Below are positions 55,722-64,000 of a stretch of 64,000 nt of DNA, one piece after another; position 1 is the stretch's first letter, and every line of letters begins with the position of its first letter. The position numbers were made by a program, and so were the translations under genes. The notes under the pieces are model-generated. The model was not told the DNA's origin. It did no database searches and worked only from the letters and a program-made list of their open reading frames with translations. Origin of the DNA: Candidatus Saccharimonadales bacterium (lineage in GTDB: Bacteria; Patescibacteriota; Saccharimonadia; Saccharimonadales; UBA10212); NCBI GenBank assembly GCA_040900055.1, contig JBBDZU010000007.1:104435-168434 (forward strand). Reading direction: 5' to 3'.

Positions 55722-57155
55722 ATGGTCAGAACGCGCTTCGCACCCAGCCCCACTGGTTTTTTACACGTTGGTGGTGTTAGAACAGCGCTATTTGCTTGGC
55801 TAGTCGCCAAACAGGCCAAAGGCCAGTTTATTTTACGCATAGAGGACACTGATAAAACTAGAGAGGTTGCCGGCTCCGAAAAACATATTATGGAGTGCTT
55901 GACTTGGCTGGGCTTAAGTATAGATGAGGGCCCGGACAACTCTTTAGAATTCGGCCCGTACCGCCAAAGTCAACGGCTAGATATCTATAAAAAATGGGCG
56001 AAACAGCTGATAGATATGGGCCGGGCATACGTAGATACAACTACCCCGGAGGATCTGGACAAGCTCCGCGAGTTAGCTAAGGCTAAAAAACAACCCTTCT
56101 TATACCGCAACCTTCGACCGGATTCTCCTATAAGCCAACCGTACCTCGAGGGCACGCCCATACGTTTCAAATCCGAGCCAAAGCCTTACAGCTGGCACGA
56201 TGAAGTAATGGGTGACTTAAGCACCGGCCCGGAGGTAATTGATGATTTTATAATTTTAAAGTCCGATGGCTTTCCCACCTACAACTTTGCACATGTGATT
56301 GATGATCATTTAATGAAGATTAGCCACGTAATTCGATCTCAAGAATTTTTACCTTCTGTCCCGAAATTTTTAAACCTATATGAGGCCTTGGAAATTAAAA
56401 GGCCAAAGCTTGCCACTTTGCCATATGTAATGGGGCCAGATGGTAAGAAAAAACTCTCTAAGCGTGATGGCGCCAAAGACCTGCTCGATTACCAGCGCCA
56501 AGGTTTTTTGCCCGAAGCCTTGGTTAATTTTTTAGCCACTTTAGGTTGGAACGATGGCACGGAGCAGGAAATCTTTTCATTGCCCGAACTTATAGCCAAA
56601 TTCCAGCTCAATAAGGTTCAAAGAAGCGGCGCCCGTTTTGACGAACAAAGACTTCTTTGGATGAACGGCCATTATATTCGTGGCCTGTCTAAAAAACAGC
56701 TCTCGGCTAAGGCTGCAGATTTTTGGCCAGCGACCGCCAAGGCCGACCAAGCCTACAAAGACGATGTTTTAGGCTTAGTCCAAGATAGGTTAAAATTTTT
56801 GGCCGAGCTACCCGAACTCACCAACTTCTTTTTTGAAGAGCCAAAAACGTCTGCCGTTAAAAGCCTCCTAAACGAGGACCAGCAGCTTAAAAATATTAGC
56901 CAAGAAACTAAGCAACAAATGCTTAAAGAGACTGTAAAAGAATTATCGATGAGCAGCTTTAGCCTGGCTGATATCAAAGAACGATTAAATAAACTCCTGT
57001 CACAACTCGAGACAAAACCGGCGATTTTATTTTCGCTTGTTCGCATCGCCATATCGGGCGCACCGTCCTCGCCAGAACTTTTTGGTACCTTAAAAGTATT
57101 AGGCAAACAAAAAAGTTTGGAGCGCTTGAACCAGGCTATTTTGGGTTTGGTATAA
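55722..57155 (+). CDS. gltX: Glutamate--tRNA ligase
   Basis: RFAPSPTGFLHVGG (HIGH) and KLSKRDG (KMSKS) motifs. ATG 55722 is preferred over the longer ORF. Confidence 0.9.
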   Translation: MVRTRFAPSPTGFLHVGGVRTALFAWLVAKQAKGQFILRIEDTDKTREVAGSEKHIMECLTWLGLSIDEGPDNSLEFGPYRQSQRLDIYKKWAKQLIDMGRAYVDTTTPEDLDKLRELAKAKKQPFLYRNLRPDSPISQPYLEGTPIRFKSEPKPYSWHDEVMGDLSTGPEVIDDFIILKSDGFPTYNFAHVIDDHLMKISHVIRSQEFLPSVPKFLNLYEALEIKRPKLATLPYVMGPDGKKKLSKRDGAKDLLDYQRQGFLPEALVNFLATLGWNDGTEQEIFSLPELIAKFQLNKVQRSGARFDEQRLLWMNGHYIRGLSKKQLSAKAADFWPATAKADQAYKDDVLGLVQDRLKFLAELPELTNFFFEEPKTSAVKSLLNEDQQLKNISQETKQQMLKETVKELSMSSFSLADIKERLNKLLSQLETKPAILFSLVRIAISGAPSSPELFGTLKVLGKQKSLERLNQAILGLV

Positions 57156-57165
57156 TAGAATCTAC

Positions 57166-58320
57166 ATGCCGATTAACAAAGAACCCGCCTCGTCTTTGGC
57201 TAAGAACCAAGCACCTAGCTCAACTTTAGGCCTGCGATCAAAAATTAAATTGTTGCCTCCACCTAAGCACTGGTGGCAAAAATGGCAAGGCCTGCCTAGA
57301 CGCTCCAAATTAATTGGAGGCTTAGCGGCAATTTTGCTAGTAGCGCTAGTCGGCTGGCTGCTTTGGCCTAAAGGGCCGGTGCCGTTGGCTAGCGCACCCG
57401 AAGCTAAAGTTGTAGAGCCGACTACTCTGCCGTCTCCGCTCACCGGCCTTCAAGTCGCCCGAGAATTAGCTAAAAGACCTGTCACGGCCATTATGATTGA
57501 GAACAGCTTGGCGGCCCGTCCGCAGTCCGGCATTGGGGAAGCCGGAGTGCTTTTTGAGGCTATCGCCGAGGGCGGCATTACGCGTTTTATAAGCTTATTC
57601 CAAGAAAGCCAGCCGACTTATATTGGACCCGTTAGAAGCCTAAGACCATATTATATCGATTGGGCCAGAGCCTTTGATGCCGGCATTGCCCACATTGGTG
57701 GCAGCCCCGAAGCCCTAGAGCAAATTCGAGGTGGAGCCGCCAAAGATTTGGATCAGTTTTTTAACCCTGGCAGCTATTGGCGGCAAGCCGGGCGCGCGTC
57801 TCCACACAATGTCTATACCAGTTTTGAAAAACTAGATGCCCTTAACAGAGCGAAGGGTTACACGACTAGTAAGTTTGCAAGCTGGTCGCGTAAAGCCGAC
57901 GCCGCACTGGCCACACCAACTGCTAAAGCCATTAATTTAACCGTAAGCAGTACCAACTATAATGTCCACTACGATTACGATGCATCGACAAACAGTTACT
58001 TGCGCAGCCAAGGCGGCAGGCCACACATTGCTACCACCTCGCCATCAGACGCTAATGGACAGCAGCTGAAGCCAAAGATCGTTATAGCCATGGTTATACC
58101 TTATAATCTTGCCGGTAGGTATAGTAGTTATGGCGTAAGTAGCGGGGGCGGGGTGATTGTATTCCAAGATGGCGGCGTGACCACAGGAACCTGGAGTAAA
58201 GCTGACAGAGCTAGCCAATTTGTCTTTAAGGATGCCGCTGGCAAACCCTTAACCTTTAATGCCGGTCAGGCATGGGTGACAGTTTTAGCTGACGCCAACA
58301 GGATTAGCTACACCCCATAG
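57166..58320 (+). CDS. DUF3048-family secreted/anchored protein
   Basis: N-terminal TM, then RPQSGIGEAGVLFEAIAEGGITRFISLF typical of DUF3048. Confidence 0.6.
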   Translation: MPINKEPASSLAKNQAPSSTLGLRSKIKLLPPPKHWWQKWQGLPRRSKLIGGLAAILLVALVGWLLWPKGPVPLASAPEAKVVEPTTLPSPLTGLQVARELAKRPVTAIMIENSLAARPQSGIGEAGVLFEAIAEGGITRFISLFQESQPTYIGPVRSLRPYYIDWARAFDAGIAHIGGSPEALEQIRGGAAKDLDQFFNPGSYWRQAGRASPHNVYTSFEKLDALNRAKGYTTSKFASWSRKADAALATPTAKAINLTVSSTNYNVHYDYDASTNSYLRSQGGRPHIATTSPSDANGQQLKPKIVIAMVIPYNLAGRYSSYGVSSGGGVIVFQDGGVTTGTWSKADRASQFVFKDAAGKPLTFNAGQAWVTVLADANRISYTP

Positions 58321-58401
58321 ACTAATTACCCCTGTTTTTGCTACAATTCTCCCAGCTCAATCGCTAATAACAATTTTGCAAAATCGTGCCTTAGCAGACG
58401 A

Positions 58402-58478
58402 GGCCCCGTCGTCTAGCGGTTTAGGATATCTGGTTCTCATCCAGAAGATCGCGGGTTCGAATCCCGCCGGGGTCACCA
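58402..58478 (+). tRNA. tRNA-Glu (anticodon CTC), CCA encoded
   Basis: GGCCCCGTCGTCTAGCGGTTTAGGATATCTGG-TTCTCAT-CCAGA...GGTTCGAATCC...CGGGGTCACCA. Confidence 0.85.
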
Positions 58479-58485
58479 CATCGCA

Positions 58486-58515
58486 TTGACATAAATTTGG
58501 TTATTTTCCTATATT
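58486..58515 (+). promoter_or_regulatory. Strong sigma70-like promoter (TTGACA-18-TATATT)
   Basis: -35 TTGACA at 58486-58491 and -10 TATATT at 58510-58515. Confidence 0.5.
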
Positions 58516-58523
58516 GCCAAGCT

Positions 58524-58535
58524 CCAAGCGCTTGG
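58524..58535. promoter_or_regulatory. Perfect 12-bp palindrome CCAAGCGCTTGG at predicted +1 region (operator-like)
   Basis: Perfect dyad immediately downstream of the -10 element. Confidence 0.4.
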
Positions 58536-58752
58536 ACTAAAATTAAATCAGCCGTATGCGGGCTTTCGCCAAGACGGTGGATTCCTCCGCATAGACTTAC
58601 AACATCTTCAATTCGCTCCCAGTAATGGAATTCATAATAGACGGTTATGGTTCTTAGCTGGTAGCCGGGCGATAAATCCGTCTGCTGACATCTCAAAAAG
58701 ATTAGTCGGTGTCTATTTCAATTAACTAAAAATAACCAAAAAGGAGCCCACC

Positions 58753-59064
58753 ATGGACAACGTAGTTAAAATCAACAAGAGTGTCAGTGTAGTGGCATAT
58801 TATTTTAAAAATGCCGGGCGGCGACTAAAATGCTTCCCCAAGCAGATGGAGTATAACGGCCAGCGCATAACCTTTACCGAAACCGGCCTGGCTCACCCCA
58901 CCAACCAAGGCCAAAGGATGATACATGTTTTTGACATGACCGATGGCAGTGCCGACTATCGCTTAGAATTTGATGCGGCTAATTTAACCTGGACGTTAGT
59001 GTCTATAGCCGACGGAGCCTATCAAAATGCCCCACACCTTACACAAGCTTCAGCTGCCGCCTAA
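58753..59064 (+). CDS. Hypothetical 103-aa protein
   Basis: SD aaaaggag precedes the ATG. No family recognised. Confidence 0.45.
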   Translation: MDNVVKINKSVSVVAYYFKNAGRRLKCFPKQMEYNGQRITFTETGLAHPTNQGQRMIHVFDMTDGSADYRLEFDAANLTWTLVSIADGAYQNAPHLTQASAAA

Positions 59065-59156
59065 GGCGCTTACGCTTATAAGAAACCCCTTCGCGGTTTC
59101 TTATCGCGCCGGGCACGGAATAAATCCGACGCTCGGGCTATTTTCCGGAGAAATAG

Positions 59157-60428
59157 ATGCCGCATCCTAGACTAGCGCTACCGATCAATACCGAACAGCC
59201 GCAGGTAATGCATACTGACCTAAACAGCTGCTTTGCCGCGGTCGAGCAGCAAGCTAGGCCACTACTTAGAGGCCGGCCAGTAGCAGTCACTAACCGCTTG
59301 ACTAAAAATGCCTGCGTTGTAGCAGCTTCTTACGAAGCTAAAGCTTTAGGCGTTAAGGTAGGCATGACTTTTAGCGAAGCCAAATTGCTGGCGCCTAATC
59401 TCGTTATGGTGGAAAGCGACCCGCCCAAATACCATCACGTTTATAAGATTTTGGTAGAGATTATGGGTTCTTATTCGCCAAACATTACCATGAAGAGCAT
59501 TGACGAGGGCATTATCGATTTTGCCGGCACCACAAGGCTAGTGAATAAGCGGCCGCTAACCGATGTCGGCTATGAGATAAAACAGCGCCTAAAGCACGAG
59601 GCAGGCAAGTGGATGACCTGTAACATTGGCTTAGCGCCTAACCGCTTTTTAGCTAAGTTAGCAGCTTCATTGCACCGGCCAGACGGCTTGGACGTAATAG
59701 ACCATACCAATCTTCGAAAAACCTATGCCGGTTTAAAACTTACCGATCTTAACGGTATTGCCGAGCGTAACCAGGCCCGCCTTAATGCCGCTGGCATTGC
59801 TACGCCTTTAGATTTTTTAGACGCCCCGGCTGATATTTTGCGAAAGAGGGTGTTTAGAAGTGTCTGCGGCGACGACTGGTATAGGCGACTTAGAGGCTAT
59901 GAGGTCGATAATCAGGAGTGGGCCACCAAAACTATTGGCCGGCAATACGTGTTAGATTCGGCGCAGCCAACTGATGAGTTGCTGCACTTCCGGCTGTCTT
60001 ATCTGGCCGAGACTACAGCAATGAAGCTTCGCTATAAGAGCTTATGTGCCCGCGGCATCTATGTTTATGTTAGGTATAAAAGTGGTGATTTTTGGTACGC
60101 CCGGCAACTGTTCGCCAGCCGTTTTTTTACCAATGCTGAGGTCTGCCGACGGGCTACTTTATTATTTAATCGCCGACCGCGTGACGAATACGAGCAGGAG
60201 ATCGGCCTTTCCTGCTACAGCTTGGAGCCTTCCAATTTAAACCAAGTTAGTCTGCTAGAGGACGTTAATCGCCAAGTTTGGCTAACCGAGGCAGTTGACA
60301 CTATCAACAGCCGGTTTGGCGAGTTTACTGTTAGCTTTGCCTCAAGCCTAACGGCCAAAGATACTGTTAAACAAAAAATCCCATTTGGTACCACCAGATA
60401 CTTTGAACTTTTGTGTACCAGGGCCTAA
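59157..60428 (+). CDS. dinB: Y-family DNA polymerase (DinB / Pol IV-like)
   Basis: MHTDLNSCFAAVEQ catalytic motif and LGVKVGMTFSEAKLLAP. The start may be the internal ATG at MHTD. Confidence 0.8.
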   Translation: MPHPRLALPINTEQPQVMHTDLNSCFAAVEQQARPLLRGRPVAVTNRLTKNACVVAASYEAKALGVKVGMTFSEAKLLAPNLVMVESDPPKYHHVYKILVEIMGSYSPNITMKSIDEGIIDFAGTTRLVNKRPLTDVGYEIKQRLKHEAGKWMTCNIGLAPNRFLAKLAASLHRPDGLDVIDHTNLRKTYAGLKLTDLNGIAERNQARLNAAGIATPLDFLDAPADILRKRVFRSVCGDDWYRRLRGYEVDNQEWATKTIGRQYVLDSAQPTDELLHFRLSYLAETTAMKLRYKSLCARGIYVYVRYKSGDFWYARQLFASRFFTNAEVCRRATLLFNRRPRDEYEQEIGLSCYSLEPSNLNQVSLLEDVNRQVWLTEAVDTINSRFGEFTVSFASSLTAKDTVKQKIPFGTTRYFELLCTRA

Positions 60429-60508
60429 AATTGAAAAAACCGGCCAACTAACAGATAATGTAAGCATAAGAGCTGCTAAAAAATTAAGTGGAGGCGGTGG
60501 GCGACTAA

Positions 60509-61714
60509 GTGTGGTTAAGAAAGAAGAGTAAAGCAGCTGAAGCGAAGTCAGATGGTCGCCTGACCTCCGATTTTATTTTAGAAGCCATCGAAGATGGTGT
60601 TGTCGTGGTTGGTAGCAGAGGCGAGATTGAGCTATACAATCGGGCAGCTACTAAGATTTCTGGCTGGCCAGCCGCCGAGGCCATCGGTTTAGACTACCGA
60701 AGCGTTTTACCCATGTTAGACGAGAAAGGCCAGCCAAAGCCTGCCGGTAACCACCCGTTTGCACAAGTATTTGCACAAGGCAAAGTCGTACGTGACCCTA
60801 ACGGGCTACTCTCAACACGCTCTTCAAAACAATTGCCCATATCCATGATTGCTTCGCCGTTAGCCGGTAGTGGTGGGCAAGGGGTCGCCAAGGTGATCGG
60901 GGTTTTTCGAGATGTTTCGAAAGAAAAAGCCGATGAGGCCAGACGCTCCGAATTTATTAGCACTGCCTCACACGAAATGCGCACCCCGTTAGCCGCCATC
61001 GAGGGGTACCTATCCCTAGCTCTAAACGAAAAAATTGCTAAGGTAGACTCTAACGCCCGAAAATATGTCGAGAAGGCCTCGGCTGCCACTAAGCACTTAG
61101 GGATATTGTTTGCCGACTTATTGACTAGTTCGCGGGCCGAGGATGGCCGCTTAGTCAGCTATCCGACCGTTATAGAAATTGGTGAAACCATTGCCCAAGT
61201 AGTGGAAGCCGAACGCTTTAGAGCCAAAGAGCGGGGGCTGGAACTTAACTACCTGGTCAGCAGCGATAAAGACGTAGCTGGCGGCTTGGTAGTCCGGCCG
61301 ACTTATTATGTTTTTGCCGACCCGCACCGTATAGCCGAAGTCCTACAAAATCTTATCGATAATGCCATTAAATACACCAGTACCGGAGCCATAAGCGTGC
61401 GGCTAACTGGGAATAGTTCGGTCGCCCAGATTCAAGTCAGCGATACCGGCGCTGGCATCCCGGCCGAAGATATTCCCCATTTGTTCCAAAAGTTTTACCG
61501 AGTCGATAACACTGCTACCAGGACAGTGGGCGGAACCGGCCTGGGGCTGTTTATTTGCCGCAAGATTATAGAACTTTATAACGGTAAAATTTGGGTAGAA
61601 AGCCAGCTAGGCAAAGGCAGCACGTTCTTCATTAACCTACCGAGGCTAACCTCCGAGCAGGCCTTGAATATGCAAAGAAAAAAAGCTTCCATCATTAGTC
61701 CAATGGAGCCTTAA
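60509..61714 (+). CDS. Cytoplasmic PAS-domain sensor histidine kinase
   Basis: PAS-like N-terminus, HisKA FISTASHEMRTPLAAIEGY, and HATPase motifs DNAIKYT and DTGAGIP..GTGLGL. No TM segment. Confidence 0.8.
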   Translation: MWLRKKSKAAEAKSDGRLTSDFILEAIEDGVVVVGSRGEIELYNRAATKISGWPAAEAIGLDYRSVLPMLDEKGQPKPAGNHPFAQVFAQGKVVRDPNGLLSTRSSKQLPISMIASPLAGSGGQGVAKVIGVFRDVSKEKADEARRSEFISTASHEMRTPLAAIEGYLSLALNEKIAKVDSNARKYVEKASAATKHLGILFADLLTSSRAEDGRLVSYPTVIEIGETIAQVVEAERFRAKERGLELNYLVSSDKDVAGGLVVRPTYYVFADPHRIAEVLQNLIDNAIKYTSTGAISVRLTGNSSVAQIQVSDTGAGIPAEDIPHLFQKFYRVDNTATRTVGGTGLGLFICRKIIELYNGKIWVESQLGKGSTFFINLPRLTSEQALNMQRKKASIISPMEP

Positions 61715-61763
61715 GGGACAAAGTTGATTTTAAAATGAAGCATAAGCGTATAAAATAGTCGAT

Positions 61764-62555
61764 ATGCCCAAAGTATTATTGGTAGAAGACGACACTAACC
61801 TTAGGGAGATCTTTGAGATGCGCCTGGTGGCTGAAGGCTACCAGACGGTCACAGCCAGTAACGGTGAAGAGGCCTTAGCCGTAGCTATGAAAGAAAAACC
61901 TGATCTTATTGTGGCCGACATTATGATGCCCAGGCTGTCTGGATTTGAGATGCTGGAAACATTGCGATCCGCTCCAGAGATGAGCCAGGTTAAAGTGGTA
62001 ATGATGACTGCTCTCGGCCAGGAAGAGGACAGGGCTCGCGGCGAAAAGCTTGGCGTGGTAAAATATCTAGTGAAATCCCAAGTAACTTTGGAAGATTTCA
62101 CCCGCGCCGTTAAAGAAGTATTGCCGGTAGGGCAATCGCCTTTGACTCCAGGCAAGGGGGATCAATCAGCCAATTTTAAAGAGGCAAACATTAAAGAAAG
62201 CGAGATCAACATGCCAGACGACACAACATCACCAACCAATTCGCCGGCACCAGAGCCTGTAGCTGACGAAGCCAGCACTAACCCAATTACTGGAGGGACT
62301 GCCGGTTCCGACAGCATGGGTGACCAGGCCCAAACAACCGCTCAAGAACAAGGTGTAGTAAATGACCAGATAAATGATTTTGCCGGTACCCCGCCAGCCG
62401 ATAGCTCAGCTGCCGGCAATCCGCCAATGGAGCCATCGGCTCCGGCCATGCCGCAGGACGACCCCGGGCAATCTTCTATACCGGTAACTCCACCGCCAGC
62501 CGACGAGCCTACTGCCGAGACTAGCGGCGATTCAAACGCACCAGCCACTCCTTAG
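61764..62555 (+). CDS. REC-only response regulator with disordered Pro/Thr/Ala/Asp-rich tail of about 140 aa
   Basis: VLLVEDD...DLIVADIMMP...VVMMTA receiver motifs are present. The tail is low-complexity and has no output domain. Confidence 0.8.
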   Translation: MPKVLLVEDDTNLREIFEMRLVAEGYQTVTASNGEEALAVAMKEKPDLIVADIMMPRLSGFEMLETLRSAPEMSQVKVVMMTALGQEEDRARGEKLGVVKYLVKSQVTLEDFTRAVKEVLPVGQSPLTPGKGDQSANFKEANIKESEINMPDDTTSPTNSPAPEPVADEASTNPITGGTAGSDSMGDQAQTTAQEQGVVNDQINDFAGTPPADSSAAGNPPMEPSAPAMPQDDPGQSSIPVTPPPADEPTAETSGDSNAPATP

Positions 62556-62620
62556 TGTAGCTAAAGAAACCAAGACAAATGCAGACGGCCTGGACCCTAA
62601 TTCAGGCTATAATAACTTAA

Positions 62621-63961
62621 ATGGTAAAACCTTCCGCCACACCAATTGTGGCTATAGTTGGACGCGCCAATGTGGGCAAGTCCAGCCTCTTTAATACCAT
62701 CTTAGGCCGAAGAGAAGCTATTACTGCTATGGAGGCTGGAACTACCAGAGATAATGTTACGGCTAAAGTCAGTTATGACCGTAGAGAGTTCTGGCTGGTC
62801 GACACAGCCGGTTTAAAAGAAGCTACCGATGATTTTGAGTTGACTATCCAAGATCAAATTACGCAAGCTGCAGACGCTGCGGGGCTAATATTAGTCGTTA
62901 CCGAAGCCGATGTCAGCCCCACCTATGAGGACCGCCAGGTGGCTAAAATGGCCCTAAAGACCAAAAAGCCAGTTATTTTAGTTATTAATAAAATCGACAA
63001 GAATCCAAGAGTTGATTTGGGGCAGTGGCAAAAGTTAGGCGTTAAGCACATTGTCACTACCAGCACCAGTCAAAAAAAGGGCATAGAAGACTTAATGTCT
63101 GCGCTCACAAGCTATTTACCTCACAGAAGGACCAAGCAGCCGGTTCAAAATACTCGCTTGGCAATACTGGGACGTCCCAATGTTGGCAAATCAGCTCTTT
63201 TTAATGCGCTGTGCGGTAAAGACCAGGCCATTGTAGCCGCAGTCTCGGGCACTACGAGAGACATAAATCGAGCGTTGGTTGATGCAGATGGGGAGGAGAT
63301 AGAGCTTATGGATACGGCCGGCATCCGCAGAGCCGGCAAAATCGAACGTGGCGTAGAGCATTTTAGCGTCATTCGCTCGCTGGCTGCCATAGAGGAGGCA
63401 GATATTTGTCTGTTAGTGATGGATGGCCTCGAATTAAATGTCCACCTTGATCAAAAAATTGCCGGTCTAGTTAAAGAGGCCGGCAAGGGCTTGATATTAG
63501 TGGTTAATAAATGGGACATCTTAGAAAAAGAACAGGGGACCCATGCGGCAACTGTAGCCAAAGTAGCCGCCGAGTTTGTTTTTGTACCGTGGGCACCCTT
63601 AGTCTTTGTCAGCGCCAAAACCGGCCAAAATGTATCAAGAATCCTAAAAATCGCCGGCGAAATAATAGCCGCTAGAAATTCCCAGTTTAAGACAGTAGAA
63701 CTAAACCGATGGCTACGGCAGGCTGTTGATGAGCACCCCCCTGCAGGACTAAAAAACAAAAGTCCGAAACTCAACTACATAGTGGCCGAAACTGGTACTG
63801 GTTTGCCTAGCTTTAAAGTCTTTGGCAGCCATACTCGTTTTTTGCATTGGAGCTACAAGCGTTATCTTGAGCGAAAATTTAGGCAAACCTGGCCACTCCC
63901 CGGCACACCCTTAAAATTCTGGTTCATTGACAAAAATATCCCCAAAGAGCGTAATCTATAA
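62621..63961 (+). CDS. der: GTPase Der (EngA), tandem GTPase domains plus KH-like domain
   Basis: Two G1 motifs, GRANVGKSS and GRPNVGKSA, and DTAG G3 motifs. Confidence 0.9.
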   Translation: MVKPSATPIVAIVGRANVGKSSLFNTILGRREAITAMEAGTTRDNVTAKVSYDRREFWLVDTAGLKEATDDFELTIQDQITQAADAAGLILVVTEADVSPTYEDRQVAKMALKTKKPVILVINKIDKNPRVDLGQWQKLGVKHIVTTSTSQKKGIEDLMSALTSYLPHRRTKQPVQNTRLAILGRPNVGKSALFNALCGKDQAIVAAVSGTTRDINRALVDADGEEIELMDTAGIRRAGKIERGVEHFSVIRSLAAIEEADICLLVMDGLELNVHLDQKIAGLVKEAGKGLILVVNKWDILEKEQGTHAATVAKVAAEFVFVPWAPLVFVSAKTGQNVSRILKIAGEIIAARNSQFKTVELNRWLRQAVDEHPPAGLKNKSPKLNYIVAETGTGLPSFKVFGSHTRFLHWSYKRYLERKFRQTWPLPGTPLKFWFIDKNIPKERNL

Positions 63962-64000
63962 AAGTATGGCATTGTTTCAAAAAAAGACTACTGAAACGAC

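Noticed and set aside
58421-58696. 91-aa minus-strand ORF
   Set aside because: It overlaps tRNA-Glu and the promoter/leader region. No SD in the correct place.
1-64000. CRISPR arrays, IS elements, integrases or prophage content
   Set aside because: No direct-repeat/spacer periodicity was seen by eye. There are no transposase-like, integrase-like or phage structural ORFs. All tRNA-adjacent regions lack att-like duplicated tRNA 3' ends.

Overview
The window is a gene-dense, roughly 49% GC chromosomal segment with standard stop-codon usage. By inference it comes from a small-genome bacterium with a Gram-positive-like envelope, most consistent with a Saccharibacteria/CPR-like lineage. The evidence is short gamma-like dnaX, L33 and RecR with eroded zinc fingers, two NrnA paralogs, a sortase, a membrane-anchored thermonuclease, and several N-terminally anchored secreted proteins.

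The backbone is housekeeping and was read from the ORF translations by motif recognition:
- Ribosomal and translation genes: rpsK(3' end)-rpsD-rpoA-rplQ-rplM-rpsI, then trpS, an RluA-family pseudouridine synthase, holB and a TPR protein.
- A tRNA/rpmG/secE-nusG-rplK-rplA-rplJ-rplL region with nine tRNAs across the window.
- Replication and tRNA charging: dnaX, dnaB, ybaB, recR, cysS, gltX, der, smpB, xth, thyA, folA, dinB.
- Envelope and accessory blocks: two GT4 enzymes, a GT2, an AI-2E transporter, VanY-like M15 peptidase, LtaS-like sulfatase, PAP2, DoxX, a CcdA plus thioredoxin-like pair, aquaporin, PQQ-dependent dehydrogenase, corrinoid adenosyltransferase, a sortase and a PEGA-domain protein.

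No CRISPR array, transposase, integrase or prophage genes are visible. The non-standard content worth a second look is:
- A tightly coupled P-loop kinase plus DUF45 (HExxH) metallohydrolase pair inserted into the normally invariant tRNA-Trp/secE junction.
- A translationally coupled dCTP-deaminase plus thymidylate-kinase fusion (Tmk with about 430 extra C-terminal residues of unknown fold) inserted between rplA and rplJ.
- Ribosomal protein L1 carrying an N-terminal Lys/Ala-rich extension of about 75 residues that is supported by its own SD.
- rplL followed not by rpoBC but by a repeat-containing hypothetical protein and then dnaX-dnaB.
- A sortase with a cytoplasmic N-terminal extension of about 190 residues next to a PEGA/beta-rich surface protein.
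- An orphan cytoplasmic PAS-histidine kinase with a REC-only regulator carrying a disordered tail of about 140 residues.
- A strong sigma70-like promoter with a perfect 12-bp palindrome at the transcription start and a roughly 230-nt leader before a small ORF.

All functional calls rest on motif recognition in the translations. No database search was run.
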